A stretch of DNA of 64,000 nucleotides from Myxococcales bacterium (GTDB taxonomy: Bacteria > Myxococcota > B64-G9), in the NCBI GenBank assembly GCA_012798435.1, contig JAAZNF010000003.1, positions 2,154 to 66,153 on the forward strand. The letters run 5' to 3'. Shown in pieces: positions 20,952-31,896 of the stretch. The position numbers were made by a program, and so were the translations under genes. The notes beneath the pieces are model-generated. The model did no database searches, was not told the DNA's origin, and worked only from the letters and a program-made list of their open reading frames with translations. Position 1 is the first letter of the stretch, and every line of letters begins with the position of its first letter.

Positions 20952-21116
20952 ACACTCGCTCCCCTTCCCTCACCACAAGGCTCTGTCCGGATCGTCCCTT
21001 TTCATGGCGCCCGCGTCCGGGCAGGAAGGCGGCGCTGGCTTGATCGAGCCAGCGGTTTCTCGGTCACCTGGAAAATCGTGCGAAATCAGGCGGGGGAAAA
21101 GTCCTGCGGGGTTGGA

Positions 21117-21938
21117 TCAGCTCTCCTTGGGGAACTCTCCCTTGAAGCAGTACTGGTAGACCCATCCGATGAATACCATCCCGCCGACGATGTTGCCCAA
21201 GGTCACCGGAGCCAGGTTCCAGACCAGGAACTGGTCCCAGGTCACGCTGGCGCCGAGGAAGATGCCGGTGGGAATGAAGTACATGTTGGCCACGCTGTGC
21301 TCGAAACCGGAGGCCACGAAAGCCATGATGGGGAACCAGATGCCGAAAAATTTCCCGATCATGTTCTTCGAGGAGAGCGCCAACAGGATGGCCACGTTGA
21401 CCAGCAGGTTGCAGGCGATGCCCTTCATGAACGCCGACCAGAAGCCCCCAGCTCCCGCCGCCATGTACGGCAGCACCTTGGCCTGGGCGATGGCGACCGC
21501 GTTCTTGCCGAAAGCCGTGAGCTCGCCACCGGGGCCTCCGACCACGAAGGGGCCGACCGACATCAAGTAGGCCCAGAAGATCGAGCCCAGGAAATTACCG
21601 ATGTAGACGAAAACCCAAGCCCACAACATGCGCGACCAGGACAGCTTGCGGTTCATGCAAGCCACCGGCATCAACATGCAGTCGCCGGTAAACAGCTCCA
21701 TGCCGGTGAGCACAATGGCAATCAGGCCGACCGGGAAGACCGCGCCCGCGATGAGCTGCCCGAGGCCCGGGGCGATATCCTTGAGGCCGGTGGAGCATAC
21801 CGTGGCCAGCGCACCGCCGACAGCGATGTACAAACCGGCCATGAAAGCACGCAACATCCAGTTGGATTGTGAGAGATTACCCTTGTAGGCACCTGCCGCA
21901 CAGCATGCCTGGACAATTTCGACTGGTTTGTTCGCCAT
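21117..21938 (-). CDS. fdhC: Formate/nitrite transporter (FNT; FdhC/FocA family)
   Basis: AFMAGLYIA, FPVGL..ELFTG, GNFLG, KGIACNLLV, FVASGFEHSVANM and TLGNIVGG. Last gene of the fdh operon. Confidence 0.93.
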   Translation of the reverse strand: MANKPVEIVQACCAAGAYKGNLSQSNWMLRAFMAGLYIAVGGALATVCSTGLKDIAPGLGQLIAGAVFPVGLIAIVLTGMELFTGDCMLMPVACMNRKLSWSRMLWAWVFVYIGNFLGSIFWAYLMSVGPFVVGGPGGELTAFGKNAVAIAQAKVLPYMAAGAGGFWSAFMKGIACNLLVNVAILLALSSKNMIGKFFGIWFPIMAFVASGFEHSVANMYFIPTGIFLGASVTWDQFLVWNLAPVTLGNIVGGMVFIGWVYQYCFKGEFPKES

Positions 21939-22049
21939 CTCACACAGCTCCTTTCTCCTCGATTGTGTTTGTGAGCACCGGCTCTCGTTTTACGTGAACG
22001 GAAACTCTTCTCAAACCGTCCGGAAAACAATTCCTTCAGACGCCGGGGC

Positions 22050-22430
22050 CTACCGCCCGGTACGTATGAGCAAACGCTTCACGCTCTCCAACAGGATCTG
22101 TGGCGCCACCGGCTTGTTCAGCAGCTCGGCGACTTTCAGCGTGCTGGTGTCGAAGGTCTGCTCGGCCGCGTCTGCGATGGAGGAGAGCATGATCACCGGC
22201 AGACCGGCGTGTTTCTCCGCCAACCAGCGGGCGAGCTGGATGCCGGCGTCGGACTCCTCCATCATGATGTCCAGGATGATCAGATCGGGGCGCTCTTTCT
22301 CGATCTGCCGCCGGCCGTCGCCAGCGGTGGGCGCCTCGCGCACGGCATAACCGGCCTTCTCGAGTACGATGCGGCACGCACTGCGGATGTCCGCGTCGTC
22401 GTCGATGACAAGGATCTTGGAGTTTGCCAT
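22050..22430 (-). CDS. Single-domain response regulator (receiver)
   Basis: KILVIDDD, PDLIILDIMM (phospho-Asp), VIMLSS and LNKP. GGAGGAAG RBS. Confidence 0.9.
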   Translation of the reverse strand: MANSKILVIDDDADIRSACRIVLEKAGYAVREAPTAGDGRRQIEKERPDLIILDIMMEESDAGIQLARWLAEKHAGLPVIMLSSIADAAEQTFDTSTLKVAELLNKPVAPQILLESVKRLLIRTGR

Positions 22431-22450
22431 GGTCTTCCTCCCTCCCAGTC

Positions 22451-24190
<1,740 letters not shown>

Positions 24191-24203
24191 GGTGTCACCC
24201 CGC

Positions 24204-26903
24204 TTAGGCTTTGGCGGTGCCGGCGCGCTCGATGCGCGCCGCGCACACCTTGTATTCGGGGATCTTGGCCACCGGGTCCAGCGCGTCGTTCGTCAACCGG
24301 TTGGCCGCGGCCTCGGCGAAATGGAAGGGCACGAAGATCGACCCCGGGGCCACGCGTTGAGTGACCAGCGCCCGGGTCTCGATCCGGCCGCGCCGCGTGA
24401 CCACCACTACCCGATCGTCCGCAGCGATGCCGGCGCGGCGGGCGTCCTCGGGGTGGAGTTCGACGTGACCCGCCGCCACGATGAGGTTCAGGATGCTCGA
24501 GCGGCGGGTCATGCTGCCGGTGTGGTAGTGCTGCAGGATGCGCCCGGTGCTGAGCACCATGTCGAACTCGCCGTCGGGGACCTCCGCGGGCGGGCGATAC
24601 GAGAGCGGCGTGAGCAGGGCCAGGCCGCGGGCGAACTTGCCGCAGTGGAGCACCTTGGTGCCGGGGTGGTCCTCGCTGGGGCAAGGCCATTGCAGCCCGA
24701 CGCGCTCGAGGCGCCGGTAGGTCATGCCGGCGTAGGAAGGCGTGAGCCGGCGCATCTCCTCGAACAGGCCCTCTGGCGTGCGGGGGAAGTCGTGCCCGAA
24801 GCGCTTCGCCAGATCGGCCACGATCTCGTAGTCCTGGCGCACATTGCCGGTCGGGACCAGCGCCGGCCAGGTGAGCTGTACCCGCCGCTCGGTGTTGGTG
24901 ATGGTGCCGGTCTTCTCGGCGAACGACACGCCGGGCAGAACCACGTCGGCCAAGCGCGCGGTCTCGGTGAGGAAGATGTCCTGGACCACCAGGAGGTCGA
25001 GTTTCTCCAGGCTCTCCTCCACATGGTGCAGGTTGGGGTCCGACATCATCGGGTTCTCGCCGAGGACGTACAGAGCGCGGATCTTGTCGCCGGCGGCCGG
25101 GATCATCTCGGTGAGCGTCATGCCCGGTTTGGCCGACAGCGGCGCACCCCAGGCCTTGGAGAACTTCTCCACCGCGGCCGGGTTGGTCACCGGCTGGTAG
25201 GCGGTGAACACGTTGGGCAGGCCTCCCATGTCGCAGGCGCCCTGCACGTTGCTCTGGCCCCGCAGCGGGTTCACCCCGCCACCCTCCACGCCGATGTTCC
25301 CGGTGATGAGTTGCAGGTTGACACAGGCCTTCACGTTGTCCACGCCGTGGCTGTGCTGGGTGATGCCCATGCAGTAGTAGAGCGCGCCCACCCCGGAGCG
25401 CGCGAAGAGCTCGGCCGCGGCCCGCAGGTCGGCCGGTTTCACGCCGGTGAGCTCCTCGACCTTCTCGGGGGTGAAGAACTCGATGGCCTTGCGGTATTCT
25501 TCATACCCCTCGCAGCGCTCCCTGATGTAGGAGGCGTTCTCCCAGCCCTCGTGCAGGATGATGTACTGCAAGCCAGAGAGCAGCGCCACGTCCGAGCCGT
25601 TGCGCTGCTGCAACCAGATGTGGGCGAAGTCGCACAGCTCGATGCGCCGCGGATCGCACACGATGAGCTTCGCCCCGTGGTGCTTCACGGCCCGCTTCAT
25701 GAGCGAGCCGAACACGGGGTGGTTCCAAGTGGTGTTGGAGCCGATCACCAGGATGACCTTGGACTTCACCACCTCGGCCATGCTGTTCGTCATCGCGCCG
25801 GAGCCCAGTGTGGTGGCCAGACCGGCCACCGTGGAGCTGTGTCAAAGCCGGGCGCAATGGTCTATGTTGTTGGTCCCGATGACCGCCCGCGCGAAGCGGG
25901 AGAAGGCGTAGTTCTCCTCGTTGGTCACCTTGGCCGAGGTCAAGAAGCCGATGGCGTCCGGGCCGTGCTTTTCCTTGATCTCCTTGAACCCGGCGGCCAC
26001 GCGATCGAGCGCCTCGTCCCAGCTCGCCTCGACCAGCTCGCCGTTCTTGCGCACGAGCGGATGTCGCAGCCGATCGGGCGCGTCCACGAAATCGAGCCCG
26101 AACCGCCCCTTCACGCACAGCATCCCCTGGTTCGGCTGCTCCTGCCAGTCCTGCTCGTGGGCCATGGCGTAGGCGTAGCGGTTGTCTTTGGTGTAGAGGT
26201 CGATCTGGCAGCCCACCCCGCAGTACGGGCAGGTGACCTTGGTGGGCCGGGCCTCGTACGGCCGGATCTTGCGCTCGCGGGGTTGCTTGAGGGTGAGCGC
26301 CCCCACCGGGCACACCTGCACGCACTCGCCACACTGGACGCAGCTGGACTGACCCATCGGCACATCGTCGTCGCACACCACTCTGGCGTGACTGCCGCGG
26401 TGGGCGAAGGCCAGCACCTGGTTCACCACCCCGTTCTGGCAGGCGGCCACGCACCGGCCGCAGTGGATGCACTTGTCGCTCTCGCGCAGGATTCCGGGGG
26501 AGGAATCATCCAGCGGCGTGGGGTGCGAATCGATCCGCAGCCCGGGCCGGTCGATGCCCAGGTGGTACGCCATGTCCTGCAGCTCACAGATGCCGTTCGC
26601 CTGGCAGGAGATGCAGTTGTGGTGCCCCTCGGAGAGGAGCAGCTCCACGATCATGCGCCGGACGGAATGGATCCGCGGAGTGTCGGTGCGGACCACCATG
26701 CCTTCCCGCACGGGGAGGGCGCAGGATTCCTTCAGACCGCGCTGCCCCTCGACCTCGACCACGCAGGCCCGGCAACGGCCCGCCTTGCCGGTCTTGGGGT
26801 GGTAGCACAGGGCGGGGATCCAGATCCCCGCCGCGCGCGCGGCGTCCAGCACTGTCTGGCCGGGCTGGGCGTCCACGCTGCGCCCGTCGATCGTGATCTT
26901 CAT
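24204..26903 (-). CDS. fdhF: Selenocysteine-containing formate dehydrogenase alpha subunit (899 aa, Sec at TGA 25842-25844)
   Basis: ORFs 25842-26903 and 24204-25829 are in one frame, joined as DHCARL-U-HSSTVAGL. N-terminal 2Fe-2S/4Fe-4S domains, TCPYCGVGC, PLRGQSNVQGACDMG and a C-terminal molydop-binding domain. Confidence 0.93.
25812..25844 (-). promoter_or_regulatory. Bacterial SECIS element
   Basis: The mRNA reads UGA CAC AGC UCC AC GGUGGCC-GGUCU-GGCCACC: a 7-bp stem with a GGUCU apex starting 11 nt after the UGA. This is the same geometry as the E. coli fdhF SECIS. Confidence 0.88.
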
Positions 26904-26961
26904 GCGATTTCCTCCGAGGATGGTGAGTTCAGTCGATCAGCCACGGAAGCGACGGAGCGAG

Positions 26962-26990
26962 AAAATACAAGCCGTTGACTCGCTTGTCAA
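26962..26990 (-). promoter_or_regulatory. Putative sigma-70 promoter of the fdh operon with overlapping TTGAC-N6-GTCAA palindrome
   Basis: The minus strand reads TTGACA-17 nt-TATTTT. The inverted repeat at 26975-26990 covers the -35. Confidence 0.55.
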
Positions 26991-27026
26991 TATGGTTCCT
27001 CGGCTCCGCCGTTCAGGGGACAGCGG

Positions 27027-27512
27027 TCAGCCGCCCCAGGCCATTCCTGCGTATTCTTTCATGATCTGGTCGTGCAAGGACTGGAACAACCGCGCGTGTT
27101 CTCCCTCCCAGGCCGCGAGCTTTTCCAGGGCCTTCTTCGCCGCGCCCGAGGACTGCTTGGCGGCGGCCGTGTAGAATTCCTGGAGGTCGCGCTCGATGAG
27201 AAAGGCCATGCGCAACACCGGCAGGTCGGGTACCATGGCCTGCGCCGTGGTCTGCTCGATCATCTCGCTGGCCGCGCGCTGGCTGAAGAAGCCCGCGTCG
27301 TGCTGCACCGCGTCTTCCTTGGCGGCCTGCTTGCCGCAGCACCGATCGAGCAGGTTCTGCACGTAACGGATGTGCCCTTCCTCCTCCTTGGCCAGGCGTT
27401 CGAAGACCGCCTTGACCGCGGCGTGCTGTGCCGCCTGGGCGTGCTGGCTGAAGAAGCGATGACCTTCCTTCTCCCGTTGGAGAGCGTACTCGAGCGCTTT
27501 CTTTTCGTCCAT
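27027..27512 (-). CDS. Ferritin-like/rubrerythrin-family diiron protein
   Basis: Duplicated A...E..G..FY....F..LA.EE..H motifs (EKEG..EEEGH; IER..WEGEH). GGAGG RBS and an upstream TTGACA-17-TACTTT promoter (27541-27569). Confidence 0.85.
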   Translation of the reverse strand: MDEKKALEYALQREKEGHRFFSQHAQAAQHAAVKAVFERLAKEEEGHIRYVQNLLDRCCGKQAAKEDAVQHDAGFFSQRAASEMIEQTTAQAMVPDLPVLRMAFLIERDLQEFYTAAAKQSSGAAKKALEKLAAWEGEHARLFQSLHDQIMKEYAGMAWGG

Positions 27513-27733
27513 GGATGCCTCCTGGATTTGGCCGCAGGGGAAAGTAGCGGGTTCGAAAGACCATGTCAATCCAGCAGAGGCGAGGGCCGGCCTTTTTGCT
27601 GGACAGCCTGCGTCGCCGATGGCAAATTGCGTCCATGAGCCGCGCCACGCAGCCGGCCGCGCCCTACGCGCCATCCTTTCGTCACGGCTTTCGGCCCGGA
27701 GCGGACGCGCCCCTCCTGGCGGAGCCGGCGGGC

Positions 27734-28873
27734 ATGCGCGCCGAGCGCATGCTGCTCATCGGTGCCACCTCGCGGGACGCGGGCAAGACCGAGTTCGCCT
27801 CTCGCGTGCTGCGCGCCGCGGCCCGGTCGCGCGAGGTGGTCGGCATCAAGGTGACCCCGGTGGACCCGGAGGTGGGCGGTTGCCCGCGGGGCGAATGCGG
27901 CTGCGGCCTGTGCGCGCGGCTGGACGCGCCTTTCGAGATCGTCGAGGAGGACGGCCGCGAGCGCGGCAAGGACACCGTCCGCCTGCTCGAAAGCGGCGCC
28001 CGGCGGGTCTTCTGGCTGCGCGCCCGGCGGCCGGCCCTGGCGCAGGGCATGGCGGCTCTGCTCGATCGGATCGGCCCGGAGGCACTGTGCCTCTGCGAGG
28101 GCAACAGCGTGCGCCAGGTGGTGGAACCGGGGTGGTTCGTCATGGTGCGCGGGCCCGCGTGCGTCACGGAGAAACCCTCGGCCCGGGCCGCGCTCTCCCT
28201 GGCGGACGTCGTCACCTCGCGCACGGAGACCGGCTTCTCCGTCTCGCCGGAGGAGTTCTCTCCCGGCCCGTCCTCGCCCTGGAGCCTGCGCCTCCCGGCC
28301 ACGGCGGTGGTGCTGGCCGGTGGGCTCAGCCGGCGCATGGGGCGCGACAAGGCGCTGCTCGAGCTTGGGGGCCGCTCGCTCATCGAACGGGTCGCCATGA
28401 CCCTGAGTGACAACTTCGCCGAGGTGTTGCTCAGCGTGGACCGCGCGGATCGTTTCCCCTCCCTCCCCTATTCGAAGGTCGCCGATGCCGTCCCGGGCCA
28501 GGGGCCCTTGCGGGGCGTCGTGTCCGCCCTGCGAGCCGCCTCGTACCCCCTGGTCTTCTTCGCCACCTGCGATCTCGAGAACGTGCCGGTGTTCCTGGTC
28601 CACCGGTTGCTGCGCGCGGCGCGCGGGCACCAGGGAGCCGTGCTGCTCAACACCGATGGCTGGCCCGAGCCCCTGTTCTCGGTGCTGCACCGTGACTGCC
28701 TGCCTCACCTCGAGGGTGGCCTGGAGCGGGGGGAACGGCGCCTGGCCCGGCTCTTCGGCGCGCTGCGCCTACGCTACGTTCCCGTTCCGGCGCAAGAGCC
28801 CCTGCTCGATCTGAACACCCCGGAGGACTATCGCCGCGCCTGCGAGCGTCAGCCGGGGCGCGTCCTGGAGTGA
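27734..28873 (+). CDS. mobA: Fusion of a P-loop (MobB-like) domain and molybdenum cofactor guanylyltransferase MobA
   Basis: N-terminal IGATSRDAGKT..IKVT..CPRGECGCGLC..GKDT. C-terminal VLAGGLSRRMGRDKALL, GPLRG, TCD, EPL and LNTPEDY. Start uncertain (27635 or 27734). Confidence 0.78.
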   Translation: MRAERMLLIGATSRDAGKTEFASRVLRAAARSREVVGIKVTPVDPEVGGCPRGECGCGLCARLDAPFEIVEEDGRERGKDTVRLLESGARRVFWLRARRPALAQGMAALLDRIGPEALCLCEGNSVRQVVEPGWFVMVRGPACVTEKPSARAALSLADVVTSRTETGFSVSPEEFSPGPSSPWSLRLPATAVVLAGGLSRRMGRDKALLELGGRSLIERVAMTLSDNFAEVLLSVDRADRFPSLPYSKVADAVPGQGPLRGVVSALRAASYPLVFFATCDLENVPVFLVHRLLRAARGHQGAVLLNTDGWPEPLFSVLHRDCLPHLEGGLERGERRLARLFGALRLRYVPVPAQEPLLDLNTPEDYRRACERQPGRVLE

Positions 28874-28898
28874 CGACCCGAAAGAGAGGTCCGGGGGC

Positions 28899-29597
28899 TC
28901 AGCGGGACTCCCGCTCGGTGGTGCGCCCGACCCGCTGCTTGTGCCGGCGCTGCTGGAGGCGGCTCTTGGCCTCGAAGCGCATGCGCAGGCTCTCCTCTTT
29001 CTCTCCGCCGATGTCGCTCTCGCGCACCGGAGGAGAGAAACGCCGCACCACCGCGAGCAAGCGGCGCACCAGCCGTCGCGGATCGGAGTCGAGTAGCAAC
29101 CGGTCGGGCGGCGCGCTGCGCCGGCAGAAGGCCAGGATCTCCTCGACGTGATCGGAGATGCCGCCGGTGCCAGTGAGCACGCCGACGGGCTTCTGCTCTT
29201 CGAAGGCCACGGTGAACTCGTTCAGCGTGCCCATGCCGCCCCCCACCACCACGATGCCATCGGCCGAGCGGATGTTCACGATGTCGCGCTCCATGAGCCC
29301 CATGCCCGAGAACAGCAGCATGTCGTACTGGGACACCGGCGAGCCGTAGATCTCCAGGTGCTCGCGCAGGCTGAAGGCCGGCGACACCCCGAACACGAAG
29401 CCGCCCGCGCGGCGCGCCCCGGCGGCGGCCCGGTCGGGAAGCCCCGGACAGGCCCCGGTGACACAAATGCAGCCCGCCCCGGCGATGGCCCGCCCGAGAT
29501 CGAAGGCCAGCCGCCTCGCCCGCGGATCGCGGATGGTCGGACCGGAGGCCGAACCCATGACACCGATCTTCCACTTGCGTCTGGCGACGTTTGGCAT
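28899..29597 (-). CDS. LOG-family (TIGR00725-like) Rossmann-fold protein
   Basis: KIGVMGS, VTGACPG, GVSP, ERDIVNIRSAD and VGGGMGTLNEF. Confidence 0.8.
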   Translation of the reverse strand: MPNVARRKWKIGVMGSASGPTIRDPRARRLAFDLGRAIAGAGCICVTGACPGLPDRAAAGARRAGGFVFGVSPAFSLREHLEIYGSPVSQYDMLLFSGMGLMERDIVNIRSADGIVVVGGGMGTLNEFTVAFEEQKPVGVLTGTGGISDHVEEILAFCRRSAPPDRLLLDSDPRRLVRRLLAVVRRFSPPVRESDIGGEKEESLRMRFEAKSRLQQRRHKQRVGRTTERESR

Positions 29598-29777
29598 GCG
29601 CGCTCCCGGTATGGCGGCTCTTCGGCCGCGGCACCGATATACCAGGTGGAGGGCCGGCGTTCAACCTCAAACCCTGGCCCACGCACTCGGAAACGGGTTC
29701 TCCTTGACATCGCATCGCGGGCCGAAATAAGGTGGAGCCTCTTCAAGGCGGAACAAAAACCGCGGAGGATTTTTCCG

Positions 29778-31862
29778 ATGAAAAAGTACGATTCCAAGGA
29801 GATCCGCAACATCGCGCTGGTGGGACACAAGGGCTGCGGCAAGACCTCGATCGCCGAGGCCTTCCTGTTCGACGCCAAGCACACGACGCGCCTGGGCAGC
29901 ATCGACCAGGGAACCTCGACCTTCGACTACGACGAGGAGGAGCTCAACCGCCGCATGACCATCGCGGTGAAGCCCGGCACCGTCGAGTGGAAGAAGCGAA
30001 AGGTGAACGTGCTGGACACCCCGGGCGACGGCAACTTCATCTACGAGACGCGCCTCAGCATGAGCGCGGTGGACGCGGCGGTGGTGGTGGTGTCGGCCCC
30101 GGACGGCGTCGAGGTCCAGACCAGCCGGGTGTGGGACCGGGCCGAGGAGCTGCAGATCCCGCGCGTGGTGTTCATCAACAAGATGGACCGCGAGCGGGCC
30201 GACCCCGACAAGGCCCTGGCCGAGGTGCACAGCGACCTGTCCAACAAGGCGGTGCCGGTGCAGATCCCCATCGGCAAGGAGGCGGGGTTCGAGGGCGTGG
30301 TGGACGTGCTCACCGGCAAGGCCTACCTGTTCGAGAAGGACGCCTCGGGCGGCTTCAAGACGATCGACGCGCCGGCCCAGCATCAGGAGGCCCTCAAGAA
30401 GGCCCGCGAGGCGTTGATCGAGAAGATCGCCGAGAGCAGCGACGCGCTGACCGAGAAGTACCTGGAGACCGGCGAGCTGTCTCCCGAGGAGATCGCCTCG
30501 GGCTACGCCGCGGCGGTGAAGAGCTGCAACCTGTTCCCGGTGCTGTACGGCTCCGCCATCCGCAACATCGGCATCCCCATGCTGCTGGATCTCACGGTGG
30601 ACACCCTGCCGGACCCCACCGAGCGCCCGCCGGTGAAGGTGCAGGTGGCCGGCGGTGGGGAGGCCGAGCGGGCTTGCAAAGAGAGCGAGCCGCTGCTGGC
30701 CTTCGTGTTCAAGACCCTGGACGCCCAGGGCGGTACCCTGTCGATCTTCCGGGTGCTGTCCGGGACCCTCTCCGGCGACTCCAGCGTGTTCAACACCAAC
30801 ACCGGCACCGAGGAGCGGGTGGGCGCGGTCATGAGCATCACCGGCAAGAAGCAGGACTCGATGCCGGCAGCGGGCGCGGGCGACATCGCCGGCGTGCTCA
30901 AGTTCAAGAATACCGCCACCGGGCACACTTTGTGCGACAAGAAGATGCCGGTCACGGTGCCGTTGCTCCCCGTTCCGCCGCCCGCCATCTCCTACGCGGT
31001 GAAGCCCAAGAGCAAGGCGGACGAGGACAAGCTGGGAGTGTGCCTCAACCGCTTGCTCACCGAGGATCTCACCCTGCGGGTGAGCCGGGACGAGGACACC
31101 AAGGACTTCTTGCTCTCGGGCATGGGCACGGCCCACGTGGAGCTGTCAGTGGCCAAGCTCAAGCGCCGCTTTGGGGTAGATGTGAACCTGGAGACCCCCA
31201 AGGTGCCCTACCGCGAGACCATCACCAAGAAAGCCCAGGCCCAGGGGCGGCACAAGCGCCAGACCGGCGGGCGGGGGCAGTTCGGCGACTGCTGGCTAGA
31301 ACTCAGCCCGCAGCAGCGTGGGGCTGGCTTCGAGTTCGAGAACCGCATCAAGGGTGGCGCCATCCCCGGCCAGTTCATCCCCGCAGTGGAGAAGGGCGTG
31401 GTGGAAACCATGGCCAAGGGAGTGCTGGCCGGTTTCCCGGTGGTGGACGTCAAGGTCGCGGTATACGATGGTTCGTACCACGAGGTCGACTCGTCCGAGA
31501 TGGCCTTCAAGCGCGCCGCCTCGATTGGCTTTAAAAAAGCCTTCCAGGAAGCCAAGCCCATCCTGCTGGAGCCCGTGTACAACATGGAGATCGTGGTCCC
31601 CGAGGACAAGATGGGCGACATCATCGGTGACATCAACTCGCGCCGCGGGCGAGTGCTGGGCATGGAGACCAAGGGCAAGCGCTGCACCGTCAAGGCCCAG
31701 GTGCCGCTCTCCGAGATCCTGATGTACGCGCCAGACCTGGACTCGAAGACGGGCGGGCGCGGCAGCTTCACCATGGAGTTTTCCCATCGCCAGCAGCTCC
31801 CCGAGGCCCTGGCCCAGAAGGTCATCGCCCAGTTCAAGCCCACCGATGAAGAGGAAGAATAA
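29778..31862 (+). CDS. fusA: Elongation factor G paralog (EF-G2-like)
   Basis: IRNIALVGHKGCGKTS, DTPGD, FINKMDR, KVPYRET, HKRQTGGRGQFG and DGSYHEVDSSEMAF. Not in a str operon context. Upstream TTGACA-18-TAAGGT (29704-29733). Confidence 0.92.
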   Translation: MKKYDSKEIRNIALVGHKGCGKTSIAEAFLFDAKHTTRLGSIDQGTSTFDYDEEELNRRMTIAVKPGTVEWKKRKVNVLDTPGDGNFIYETRLSMSAVDAAVVVVSAPDGVEVQTSRVWDRAEELQIPRVVFINKMDRERADPDKALAEVHSDLSNKAVPVQIPIGKEAGFEGVVDVLTGKAYLFEKDASGGFKTIDAPAQHQEALKKAREALIEKIAESSDALTEKYLETGELSPEEIASGYAAAVKSCNLFPVLYGSAIRNIGIPMLLDLTVDTLPDPTERPPVKVQVAGGGEAERACKESEPLLAFVFKTLDAQGGTLSIFRVLSGTLSGDSSVFNTNTGTEERVGAVMSITGKKQDSMPAAGAGDIAGVLKFKNTATGHTLCDKKMPVTVPLLPVPPPAISYAVKPKSKADEDKLGVCLNRLLTEDLTLRVSRDEDTKDFLLSGMGTAHVELSVAKLKRRFGVDVNLETPKVPYRETITKKAQAQGRHKRQTGGRGQFGDCWLELSPQQRGAGFEFENRIKGGAIPGQFIPAVEKGVVETMAKGVLAGFPVVDVKVAVYDGSYHEVDSSEMAFKRAASIGFKKAFQEAKPILLEPVYNMEIVVPEDKMGDIIGDINSRRGRVLGMETKGKRCTVKAQVPLSEILMYAPDLDSKTGGRGSFTMEFSHRQQLPEALAQKVIAQFKPTDEEEE

Positions 31863-31896
31863 CCCTCGCCCTGGTCACCGCTGAAGGGGGTGACGC

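Noticed and set aside
26904-27026. Moco/Wco riboswitch upstream of fdh
   Set aside because: The leader after the predicted promoter is only about 50 nt and no riboswitch-like multi-stem structure is recognisable.
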